A stretch of 64,000 nt of DNA from a virus: the IMG/VR virus record IMGVR_UViG_3300045988_058617, positions 30,063 to 94,062 of that record, one strand, 5' to 3'. The stretch's first letter is position 1; every line of letters begins with the position of its first letter. Made by a program: the position numbers and the translations under genes. Below the pieces are notes generated by a model, which ran no database searches, had not been told where the DNA came from, and was given only the letters and a program-made list of their open reading frames with translations. This document shows positions 38,909 to 46,274 of the stretch, piece by piece.

Positions 38909-39519
38909 ATGGCATATATTTATTGCATTACAAATTTAATTAATAGCAAGCGATACGTAGGAAAAACTACTACTTCTATAGAAGAGCGCTGGAAGGAACA
39001 TTGTTATGACTTTTAGAAAGAAAGATGCAACAAAAGACCTTTATATGATGCCATGAATAGGTGTTGAGAACTTTATGATAGAGGAATTGGAATATGTAGA
39101 TAGTAACTCTGAATTATCTGAAAGAGCTAGGAACTTATGGTTCTAATGGGTACAATGCCTCTAAAGGAGGAGATGGCACTATTCTATACAATCATAGTGA
39201 AATTGTAGAATTAGCTAGATTGGGATATACTAGTTCTTAGATACAAGAAAAAATAGGGTGCTGTAAAGACACTATTTACAAAGTTTTGAAGGCAAATAAT
39301 ATAAAAATTAGAAAAAGTAACGCAAAGTTAATTGCTTAGTATGACTTAGCAGGTAATTTTATACAGGTATTCTTTGGTTCCAGAGAAGCTTAGGAATGGT
39401 TAATTAATAACGGAATTACTGACAATAAATCTGCATAGAGTCATATTATAGGATGCTGTAAGAATAAAACCAAATCATAGTATGGCTACATTTGGAAATA
39501 TCTTCCAGAGCCTATTTAA
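38909..39519 (+). pseudogene. GIY-YIG homing endonuclease gene (I-TevI/Seg-like) inside the tRNA array, interrupted by two frameshifts. It also contains 6 in-frame TAGs (one N-terminal, five C-terminal) and ends in TAA.
   Basis: Manual three-frame translation: frame A MAYIYCITNLINSKRYVGKTTTSIEERWKEHCYDF… (the GIY-YIG motif). It shifts near 39053–39062 to GVENFMIEELEYVDSNSELSERARNLWF, then near 39140–39150 to …GSNGYNASKGGDGTILYNHSEIVELARLGYTSS(Q)IQEKIG…. All premature stops in the last frame are TAG. Confidence 0.6.
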
Positions 39520-39665
39520 TCTTTAAATCACTGTTTCGACATTTTCAGTCTAAATGCCGTGTCTGGAGACGTTACCAACCAGTCGTGCTATACGGTTAGA
39601 ATAGTCCGTGCCTCACTGGTGATAGAGGCATCCCTGGGTAGCGGATGTAAAGTGGCTACCAATAT

Positions 39666-39743
39666 CGTGGAGTAGAGAAGTGGTCATCTCGCTAGGCTCA
39701 TAACCTAGAAATCGTCATAAACGGTTCGAATCCTACCTCCGCA
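39666..39743 (+). pseudogene. Degenerate tRNA-Met-like sequence (CAT anticodon arm CTAGG-CTCATAA-CCTAG, D arm, and a TTCGAAT T-loop) with an unpaired T-stem and a poorly paired acceptor; probably a tRNA pseudogene.
   Basis: Manual fold attempts. It resembles the intact tRNA-Met at 40851 but has about 16 nt between the anticodon stem and the T-loop. Confidence 0.3.
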
Positions 39744-39937
39744 ACGAAACTCCTTTTGTGGCCCTGAATTAGATTAATTATTAACAATTTTAAACTTTGA
39801 TGTTATGAAGAAAGTAATTAATGTTGTGAAGAAAGCTGCTAAGTGGTATTTTGAACAGAGTTCTAAGAGCTATACATGGTTAGTTTCTGGAACTATTCCG
39901 CCTCCTTATAGAGGTCTAGAGTAAAGATACTACTAAA

Positions 39938-39962
39938 AGGTAAGTACCAAAGGGGTACTTAT
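39938..39962 (+). terminator. Hairpin (taagtacc-aaag-ggtactta) upstream of tRNA-Asn.
   Basis: A perfect 8-bp inverted repeat; there is no clear T-run. Confidence 0.3.
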
Positions 39963-39988
39963 CTACACCCGTGGAGAAAATTAACTAT

Positions 39989-40060
39989 TGGGGTATAGTT
40001 CAAAGGTCAGAACTTTTGACTGTTAATCAAAGAATCATGGTTCGAGTCCATGTGCCCCAG
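39989..40060 (+). tRNA. tRNA-Asn (anticodon GTT).
   Basis: Manual fold: TGGGGTA/TGCCCCA, GTTC/GAAC, TTTGA-CTGTTAA-TCAAA, CATGG-TTCGAGT-CCATG. Confidence 0.75.
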
Positions 40061-40574
40061 CTATTGACCTTATATTAGATTATGCATCAGTGTGATTATT
40101 GTTGTTGGTACTACAGTGGAAATTGTGATTGTCCATATGTAATGAAGAAACAAGCGTGTGAAAATGCTTTGAAAACTAAAGAGAGACCTATTAGAAAAGT
40201 ACAAAATGTTTCAAACTCCAAAACTAGCTAATGAGATTTCATGGAAAGACATGAAGGAATTTAACTCTTATATGAAAGAAGTAGTTCGTGATTATAAGAT
40301 TAAACAGGCTAAATCAATTCAGAGTGCTAGAAACGTAATAATATCCTGACCTGGCAAGGTAAAAATCCATTCGGGGTTGAAGCCAGTCCCTGCGAAATCA
40401 TAGAGACCTTTTCTGACACGATAGTCGATGAACTGAGAGAGTAGCATGGTTGCGAACTTATGCTACTAGAACATGATTCAAACAAAAAAAACTTATCTGG
40501 TGTTGTTAAGTTATGGAATCTTAACAGTGGAAATTTATGGGTATGTCACCAATTAAAAAGAAAATCCCAAAAAT

Positions 40575-40647
40575 GGGCCGTTAGCTCAAATGGCTAGAGC
40601 GCTGGTTTTGCACACCGGAAGATAGGGTTCGAGTCCCTGCGTGTCCA
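40575..40647 (+). tRNA. tRNA-Ala-like (anticodon TGC) with a G3·U70 pair and A73, but a poorly paired acceptor stem (only 4 of 7 positions pair); it may be a pseudogene.
   Basis: D arm GCTC-AAATGGCTA-GAGC, anticodon stem CTGGT/ACCGG with loop TTTGCAC, T arm TAGGG-TTCGAGT-CCCTG. The acceptor GGGCCGT pairs weakly with CGTGTCC. Confidence 0.45.
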
Positions 40648-40850
40648 CAAACTTTATTTAAAAAATTATGAAAGTATATGTAGTAAATTATCACCCAGCT
40701 AATGCTCCTCAAAATTATGAAACTGATTGCCAAATCTTCTTAGACAAGAAACAGGCAGAGAAGTATAAAGAGGCTAAGGAAAAAGAGTTTCCTATTAGCT
40801 GGGGAGGAGAGTATAATCATTGTAAACTAATTAAAAAGCATTTGTAATAT

Positions 40851-40923
40851 CGCGGGATGATAGCAGAGGTAGCTAGTCAGGCTCATAACCTGAAGGTCGT
40901 CGGTTCGAATCCGACTCCCGTTA
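40851..40923 (+). tRNA. tRNA-Met (anticodon CAT) with an unpaired C1·U72.
   Basis: Manual fold: CGCGGGA/TCCCGTT, TAGC/GCTA D stem, TCAGG-CTCATAA-CCTGA, GTCGG-TTCGAAT-CCGAC. Confidence 0.65.
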
Positions 40924-40946
40924 TTTTTAACAATTAAAATTAGATT

Positions 40947-41372
40947 ATGGATTTCAAGAATCTTACAAAGGAATCTCTTCCGAAAGAATTTCAGGAGAGA
41001 ATCGAACGTTTCAATCGTTTGTTCGTTGAAGCTGGTGATGGTACATTTGAAGAAAATGACCTATTTGGTTATGAAATGGCTTGTATAAAGCAAGCCCTAT
41101 CATTCTCTGAGTTTTTCAAAGAAATGAGTCTAGAGGAATGTAAAGCCTTCTATGAGAAATATCCTAGCTTATTTGAGCTGATTGAGGCTATCAAAGACAA
41201 ACTTCCGTACTTTGATAATGGTCATAGTGGAAACTCTATGAGCATGAGTTGGATGCTATACAGGTGTTATAAGGAGAAACCCGAACTTGTTCCTTATATG
41301 CACGGTTGTTTAGCCCAACTTGTTGGGGACGAGGGCTATCATGATAACCGTTCTGATGTTCCAAAACTATGA
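40947..41372 (+). CDS. Hypothetical protein.
   Basis: ORF track, 141 aa. Confidence 0.5.
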   Translation: MDFKNLTKESLPKEFQERIERFNRLFVEAGDGTFEENDLFGYEMACIKQALSFSEFFKEMSLEECKAFYEKYPSLFELIEAIKDKLPYFDNGHSGNSMSMSWMLYRCYKEKPELVPYMHGCLAQLVGDEGYHDNRSDVPKL

Positions 41373-41559
41373 GTGTAATCCCACTAGATTAGAGAGAAAA
41401 GAACGCTATCATATTGATGGCAGTATGCTTGTAACTGACAATTACCACATTCCTATGGACTTTATAATTAATTTTCTACAGGCCAATGGTTGTATAGAAC
41501 AGAAGGATGGTAAGATGTATGTTGTATTAAAGGAAGTAGAATTTAAACCTAATTACTAA
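41355..41559 (+). CDS. Hypothetical protein (start trimmed to the internal ATG; it overlaps the previous gene by 18 nt).
   Basis: ORF track 41320–41559. Confidence 0.4.
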
Positions 41560-41945
41560 TGTTATCTATATTATTCTCAGAATTTAAGGAATGGGGTTGT
41601 CCTAATTGTGGATGTGATTCTGTGACCAGTGGTTGTTTCTCTTGCGGAGGAGTTACCTCTGGAACTTGCAGACATTGTAAACTAACATTCGAAATAAGAA
41701 GTGATAACGGAAAAGGCATAGTGCAATATGGCTCTCATCCAGAGAATCCTTCTGATCCAAATTCGGAATCCGTAATGGAGTATGCTCATCCTAGGTCCGG
41801 TGTTTCTGCCTGGCATTGGGAACCAAAAGACATTCGTCCAGAGGAAGGAGAATACTGGAGTTCTAGAGGTGTTGGATATGATTTATCTGGATTCGTAAAA
41901 ACTAAAGCTGCTGGTGAACGTATATTAGCTATGTTTGGGAACTGA
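41559..41945 (+). CDS. Cys-rich hypothetical protein (multiple CxxC).
   Basis: ORF track, 128 aa. Confidence 0.5.
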   Translation: MLSILFSEFKEWGCPNCGCDSVTSGCFSCGGVTSGTCRHCKLTFEIRSDNGKGIVQYGSHPENPSDPNSESVMEYAHPRSGVSAWHWEPKDIRPEEGEYWSSRGVGYDLSGFVKTKAAGERILAMFGN

Positions 41946-42097
41946 TAAGTGTGAGACTTATTTAGACTATAGACCTAGTGAACCAACTTGGATTCAATTT
42001 AAGTTCCAGTCTAGCGAGTTTGACTTAGAAAAGTTGGATAAGCTATCTAGAGAAGCTGATAGAGTAGTTACTAAGGAAATATTAAAACAGTGTTTAC

Positions 42098-42349
42098 ATG
42101 GCAAAAGTAATTAATAAGACAATCACAACACATCTTACAAATATGAAAGATGTAGCTGAGATTGTAAATTGGTTCTGTGACGAGGAAATGGAGCCTGGAA
42201 CTATAGTTCAGAGGTACGGAGATGCTTTAATTATCATTGGTGGGCGTAGCGGTCTATGCTATCCTAAGCTGTTTACTGTTGAGGATACGCGTCGTTTGCT
42301 TACTTGTAAGGTCACAATTTTGCCTCCTGGCTCAACTATAATGCTATAA
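42098..42349 (+). CDS. Hypothetical protein.
   Basis: ORF track, 83 aa. Confidence 0.45.
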   Translation: MAKVINKTITTHLTNMKDVAEIVNWFCDEEMEPGTIVQRYGDALIIIGGRSGLCYPKLFTVEDTRRLLTCKVTILPPGSTIML

Positions 42350-42391
42350 TTTCTTTTCTCCAGTTTTCTAATCAGAGATAAACTGGAACAT

Positions 42392-42952
42392 GGGCCTACT
42401 TGGATTTGACAGGCGATTACGAATTATAAGGACGTGTAGAGCGCAATCTCTTTAAACGAAGAAAACAAATAACTGCAGAAATTGCACCTGTAAGAATGGC
42501 AGCCTAAGCTGCTGACTTATTAATAGACAATATTAATCAAGTCGGGTTAATGGGGAGACCTAGAAACAGAAGAGGTTTGTATCTAAGTGTTATAACGAGA
42601 CCTTCAGGGAAGAATCATAGTACCTACAGGTTACAGTGAAGCTTAGATGCATTAACTTGAAAGCCAAAGGTTAGTAGAGCTGAAATCTCCACTGCCTATC
42701 TATGGGCTACAAATAGACGTTCTCCAACGTAAATGGAGTGGTGGAAGAATGACTTCTAGTCAGCCCCCAGTTTGGTAGTTTGTAAATTAGTTAGTAGGAG
42801 GACTGCTGGTTCACCTCTACTGTAAAGAATCCAGCTCTTCTAATAAAACTATCTAAATGCTAGAACTCACTAGCTGATGTAATAAAAATGAGACGCACGT
42901 TATCCTTGTAATAAGGGTTGTTTGGACACGGGTTCGACTCCCGTTAGGTCCA
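42392..42952 (+). ncRNA. ssrA: tmRNA-like gene (ssrA-like). Candidate tag reading frame GCA GAA ATT GCA CCT GTA AGA ATG GCA GCC TAA (…AEIAPVRMAA*) starts about 82 nt in.
   Basis: The 5' end GGGCCUACUUGGAUUUGACAGGCGAUUACGAA matches E. coli ssrA GGGGCUGAUUCUGGAUUCGACGGGAUUUGCGAA. The 3' end GGACACGGGTTCGACTCCCGTTAGGTCCA matches GGACGCGGGUUCAACUCCCGCCAGCUCCA. The 5' GGGCCTA pairs with the 3' TAGGTCC, with a G3·U70 pair. The 561-nt span has no ORF. Confidence 0.65.
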
Positions 42953-42978
42953 CATGACAGGGCTATAGTTCAACCGAT

Positions 42979-43050
42979 TGGGATGTAGTTTAACGGTTAG
43001 AACAAGAAACTGATAATTTCTAGACGGCAGTTCAACTCTGCCCAACTAAC
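42979..43050 (+). pseudogene. tRNA-Ile-like (anticodon GAT) with good D, anticodon and T arms but a poorly paired acceptor stem; a probable pseudo-tRNA.
   Basis: GTTT-AACGGTTA-GAAC, AGAAA-CTGATAA-TTTCT, GGCAG-TTCAACT-CTGCC. The acceptor TGGGATG against CAACTAA gives only 4 Watson-Crick pairs and 1 G·U. Confidence 0.35.
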
Positions 43051-43136
43051 ACTGTAAATAATATGTAGAAAATTTCTGAACAAATCAAACAACAAGTAAA
43101 AATCCTCAGAGAAATATGGTACTGGGATTAAATATC

Positions 43137-43180
43137 GAGGCTGTGGTGTAATGGCTTGCATATCACACTGTCATTAAAAT
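43137..43180 (+). pseudogene. tRNA 5'-half fragment (acceptor plus a GTGTAATGGC D arm resembling the Gln/Sup tRNAs) with no T arm.
   Basis: Sequence similarity to the 5' halves of the tRNAs at 33540 and 20683. No TTCGA follows. Confidence 0.3.
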
Positions 43181-43195
43181 TAATTAAACTTATCT

Positions 43196-43737
43196 GTGAA
43201 TCGAGAACAATCTCTTAAATTGTATTATGAGAATCCTAACCACTGTAAGGAATGTGGTAAGGTAATCGAAGTACTAGATAATCAGAGGGTCGCAGATGTG
43301 AGGAAGAAACAGTTTTGTAGTCATTCGTGTGCTGCTTCTTACAATAATAGAGGTAGGATAAAGCACGATGAAAACAAGATATGTCCTAGATGTGGTAAAC
43401 CTAAGCATAAAGATTCAGAAATGTGTCGTAGTTGCTGGGAAGAACTTAATGGAATTGGTAACAAAACATTAGGTTATTATACATCTACTTATCATCTAAA
43501 TGTCAAGAAATAAGGACTAATGCTCGTAGAGTATTAGAAAGTTCCGAACGTGAGAAAGTATGTCAATATTGTCATAATCATGAATTTGATGCAATACTTG
43601 AAGTACATCATCTTAAAGGAATATTAGAATTTGACGAAGACACTCTTATTAAGGAGATTAACAACGAGAATAATTTAGTATGGTTATGTCCGAATCACCA
43701 TATTATGTTAGAGAAGGGTTTAATTAGTCTGGAGTAA
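43196..43737 (+). pseudogene. Zinc-ribbon plus HNH homing-endonuclease gene split by a −1 frameshift: ORF 43196–43513 (Cys4 zinc-binding N-terminus) and an HNH domain in the −1 frame ending at 43737.
   Basis: ORF track for the first part. The downstream frame translates to …EREKVCQYCHNHEFDAILEVHHLKG…NLVWLCPNHHIMLEKG… (HNH motif) but has no ATG and overlaps the end of the first ORF. Confidence 0.5.
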
Positions 43738-43748
43738 TCCAGTTACAC

Positions 43749-43820
43749 CGAGGGTTAGTTCAGTGGTAGAATAGTGCACTGTCTATGCGAAGGTCGCCAG
43801 TTCGAGTCTGGTACTCTCGG
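43749..43820 (+). tRNA. tRNA-Asp (anticodon GTC), with the G10·U25 feature.
   Basis: Manual fold: CGAGGGT/ACTCTCG, GTTC-AGTGGTA-GAAT, GTGCA-CTGTCTA-TGCGA, GCCAG-TTCGAGT-CTGGT. The D arm matches E. coli tRNA-Asp. Confidence 0.65.
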
Positions 43821-43860
43821 CACTGTGAAGGTTGGGGTTCGAATCCCCCAGCCTCGGCAT
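43821..43860 (+). pseudogene. tRNA 3'-fragment (T arm TGGGG-TTCGAAT-CCCCA plus acceptor 3' strand GCCTCGG) immediately after tRNA-Asp, with no matching 5' half.
   Basis: Seen directly. The 3' strand is complementary to the CCGAGGG just upstream of tRNA-Asp. Confidence 0.3.
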
Positions 43861-43864
43861 TTAT

Positions 43865-43937
43865 TCCCCTGTAGTTTAGTTGGTTAGAACACGTGATTTG
43901 TAATCTCGAGACCTCGGTTCGAATCCGAGTGGGGGAT
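43865..43937 (+). tRNA. tRNA-Thr (anticodon TGT).
   Basis: Manual fold: TCCCCTG/TGGGGGA, GTTT/GAAC, CGTGA-TTTGTAA-TCTCG, CTCGG-TTCGAAT-CCGAG. Confidence 0.7.
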
Positions 43938-43964
43938 CTTAACCATTAAATTAGATTAATTTTT

Positions 43965-44639
43965 ATGACTAGATTAGAAAAGTATTTAGTAGCAACTGCT
44001 ACTGAGATTATCGAAGCGGAAACAACTGTTTCTCGCTACTTTGTCATTGGAAACGTCAAAGTTAGAGTATCAGACCATTTAAGTAAAATGAGTGATGCAG
44101 ACTTACAAGTGATTATTCCATTGAACGGAGGGACTAAGTATATAGTTACTGTTAAGGATAGTCCTGGAAAATTTCTTGTATGGAATGCAACTCAAATAAA
44201 AGACTTTATTCCTTCATTGCAGATTATTAAGGGCTTGAAGGAAGGAGTGCAACTTAAGCCAAAACCTAAAGACTCTACAGTTCAGAAGATTCAGCTAGCA
44301 TTAAATAATAGTAATACCGATGGAGGTTCGTTAACGTTTGATGGTACTATTATTGAGTCTAGATTGAAAGAAAAGCAACTTACTTCCAAACAGCGGGAAG
44401 TTTTCAGGAGAACTAAATCTACTTGGGATATTTCTCAGATTGGGACATTACCCAGTATGATTAAAGTAGATTTAGGATTGTCAAATGGTTCTGTAAACGA
44501 AGATGTGCAGATATTTCTAACTTGTACATCTTTAACCTACAAAGAAATTCTGAACATTTATAAAATAATAGTTGTTGATAACCGTATGGTTCCAACTATT
44601 AAACTGTTGCAAGAAGCTTATAGCTTGATTGTGCAGTAG
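43965..44639 (+). CDS. Hypothetical protein.
   Basis: ORF track, 224 aa. Confidence 0.55.
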   Translation: MTRLEKYLVATATEIIEAETTVSRYFVIGNVKVRVSDHLSKMSDADLQVIIPLNGGTKYIVTVKDSPGKFLVWNATQIKDFIPSLQIIKGLKEGVQLKPKPKDSTVQKIQLALNNSNTDGGSLTFDGTIIESRLKEKQLTSKQREVFRRTKSTWDISQIGTLPSMIKVDLGLSNGSVNEDVQIFLTCTSLTYKEILNIYKIIVVDNRMVPTIKLLQEAYSLIVQ

Positions 44640-44642
44640 GAT

Positions 44643-44714
44643 AGCGCCATCATCTAATGGTTAGGATTCAGGCTTTTCACGCCTGCCATACGGGTTCGAA
44701 TCCCGTTGGCGTTA
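44643..44714 (+). tRNA. tRNA-Glu (anticodon TTC).
   Basis: Manual fold: AGCGCCA/TGGCGTT, ATCT/GGAT, CAGGC-TTTTCAC-GCCTG, ACGGG-TTCGAAT-CCCGT. Confidence 0.75.
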
Positions 44715-44765
44715 CTATGTACCCCAGCAGCGAAAGTTGTTGGGGTATTTTTTGTTTAATTTAAT

Positions 44766-45092
44766 TTGTGTTTAATGCGAAAAACATTTGAATTTGTAAA
44801 AGTGGGAGGAGTCTGGTTTTATTGGTGGCCAGATTTCGATGGAGACCCAGGAGAGTTAGCTATGGTTGGCGGGGCTGACGATCTTCTTGATTCTCTTGAT
44901 GATAGATTTGTTAGGTTACAGATGGTTGACCCTTCTGTAGCTAAGATTGTTCTATCTAAGATTGAAGAAGATGAGAATGGAGCTACTTACTTGTGTAAGA
45001 GTAAGAATTATAACGATAGAGTTTGGATTTGTCCAGTAACTCTACTAGTATTTAATGAATGTCCTCAAAACATTTATTTGTCTGAATTATAA
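44766..45092 (+). CDS. Hypothetical protein.
   Basis: ORF track, 108 aa. Confidence 0.5.
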   Translation: MCLMRKTFEFVKVGGVWFYWWPDFDGDPGELAMVGGADDLLDSLDDRFVRLQMVDPSVAKIVLSKIEEDENGATYLCKSKNYNDRVWICPVTLLVFNECPQNIYLSEL

Positions 45093-45565
45093 TGAAAACA
45101 TTAGATGAAATCGTAAATAATTACGAAGAATGGTCTGTATTTCCTGACGATAGATTTGGAGTTAGATTGGCCCAATTTCTGACACAAGAACAGTTAGAGA
45201 AAATAGGTTTTAAGTGGAATAGCGATGAACCTTATCCCGAACCCAAAGAATGGACTAGAGAAAACATCATGATTACTGAGATTTCATACGATAAGGACTT
45301 ATTAGGAAATGAAGTTAGGGGTACAAATACCTCCTACTGGGGTATATCAGCTCTACAGGCAGACCACGATGACATCCGCCAAGATATTTCAAAGTATTTA
45401 TTTAAAGACTGTGTGGTAGATAGTGGACATAAAGGGATAATTATAGGGTTCGAAGATAATAACCAATTCTTTGATTACTATTATATAGTCTATGTCCCAG
45501 AACTTGATAAAGTTGTTTATCAACTATGTAATGATGCAAGATTTATTAATTCTATTGAGATATGA
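45092..45565 (+). CDS. Hypothetical protein.
   Basis: ORF track, 157 aa. Confidence 0.5.
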   Translation: MKTLDEIVNNYEEWSVFPDDRFGVRLAQFLTQEQLEKIGFKWNSDEPYPEPKEWTRENIMITEISYDKDLLGNEVRGTNTSYWGISALQADHDDIRQDISKYLFKDCVVDSGHKGIIIGFEDNNQFFDYYYIVYVPELDKVVYQLCNDARFINSIEI

Positions 45566-46059
45566 AAAAGAGAGTTTTGATTATTTTAATGATTAGTATT
45601 GTATTCGGATTTGCAACTGGTTATTCCTTGCACCACTGGATACATTCTGCGAGGTTTTCAGAGGAGAAAATTATGCTGATGCCGGAACATCCATTCTATT
45701 TGATGGAGGAGGTGAATGAGGAAGTATTGTATAATACTCTTAAACACTATGATTTCCCAAGTCCTGCTATTATAACAGCTCAGGCTGTTCTAGAATCTGG
45801 TAACTTCAAGTCTAAACTTTGTAAGGACAACAATAATTTGTTCGGACTGTATAATTCAAGAACGATGTCCTATTTCAAGTTTGATAGTTGGATAAGCTGT
45901 GTATTTGCTTATAAGCAATTTATTCTAAGTAGGTACGATCCAGAAGAGGACTATTATAGATTCCTAGATAGGATTGGATATGCCGAAGATTCTCTATATG
46001 AGAGTAAGGTTAAAGAATTAGAGTTAGATATTATCAACAAGTATGGAAGCCCAGATTGA
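45562..46059 (+). CDS. Peptidoglycan hydrolase with a FlgJ-type N-acetylglucosaminidase domain and an N-terminal signal anchor; a candidate lysin.
   Basis: ORF track, 165 aa. The motif …AIITAQAVLESGNFKSKL…NNLFGLY… matches the glucosaminidase (mannosyl-glycoprotein endo-β-N-acetylglucosaminidase) family signature. Confidence 0.5.
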   Translation: MKKRVLIILMISIVFGFATGYSLHHWIHSARFSEEKIMLMPEHPFYLMEEVNEEVLYNTLKHYDFPSPAIITAQAVLESGNFKSKLCKDNNNLFGLYNSRTMSYFKFDSWISCVFAYKQFILSRYDPEEDYYRFLDRIGYAEDSLYESKVKELELDIINKYGSPD

Positions 46060-46264
46060 AAAGGCTATTGAGCTTAGAAAACAAGCTAACTTTAAGATTT
46101 TAACTAGACTAGCTCAAATCATAGAATGTAGTCCACATTTGCGATTCCAGCAAATATTATCTAATTACAAAGTCTGTGAATTAGGTAAGGATAAGTTCTA
46201 TGAGGAGAGTATAGAAACTCTTAGGAATTTAGAAGGAGAAATGAACAAAAAGTTGAACACTTAA
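46043..46264 (+). CDS. Small hypothetical protein.
   Basis: ORF track, 73 aa. Confidence 0.4.
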   Translation: MEAQIEKAIELRKQANFKILTRLAQIIECSPHLRFQQILSNYKVCELGKDKFYEESIETLRNLEGEMNKKLNT

Positions 46265-46274
46265 TAGATTTAAA

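Noticed and set aside
42392-42952. Considered a tRNA-Ala split by a group I intron, because 5' GGGCCTA pairs with 3' TAGGTCC across about 550 nt.
   Set aside because: Both ends match the tmRNA tRNA-like domain far better than any tRNA D or anticodon arm. No group I P/Q/R/S elements were recognisable, and a tag-peptide-like ORF is present.
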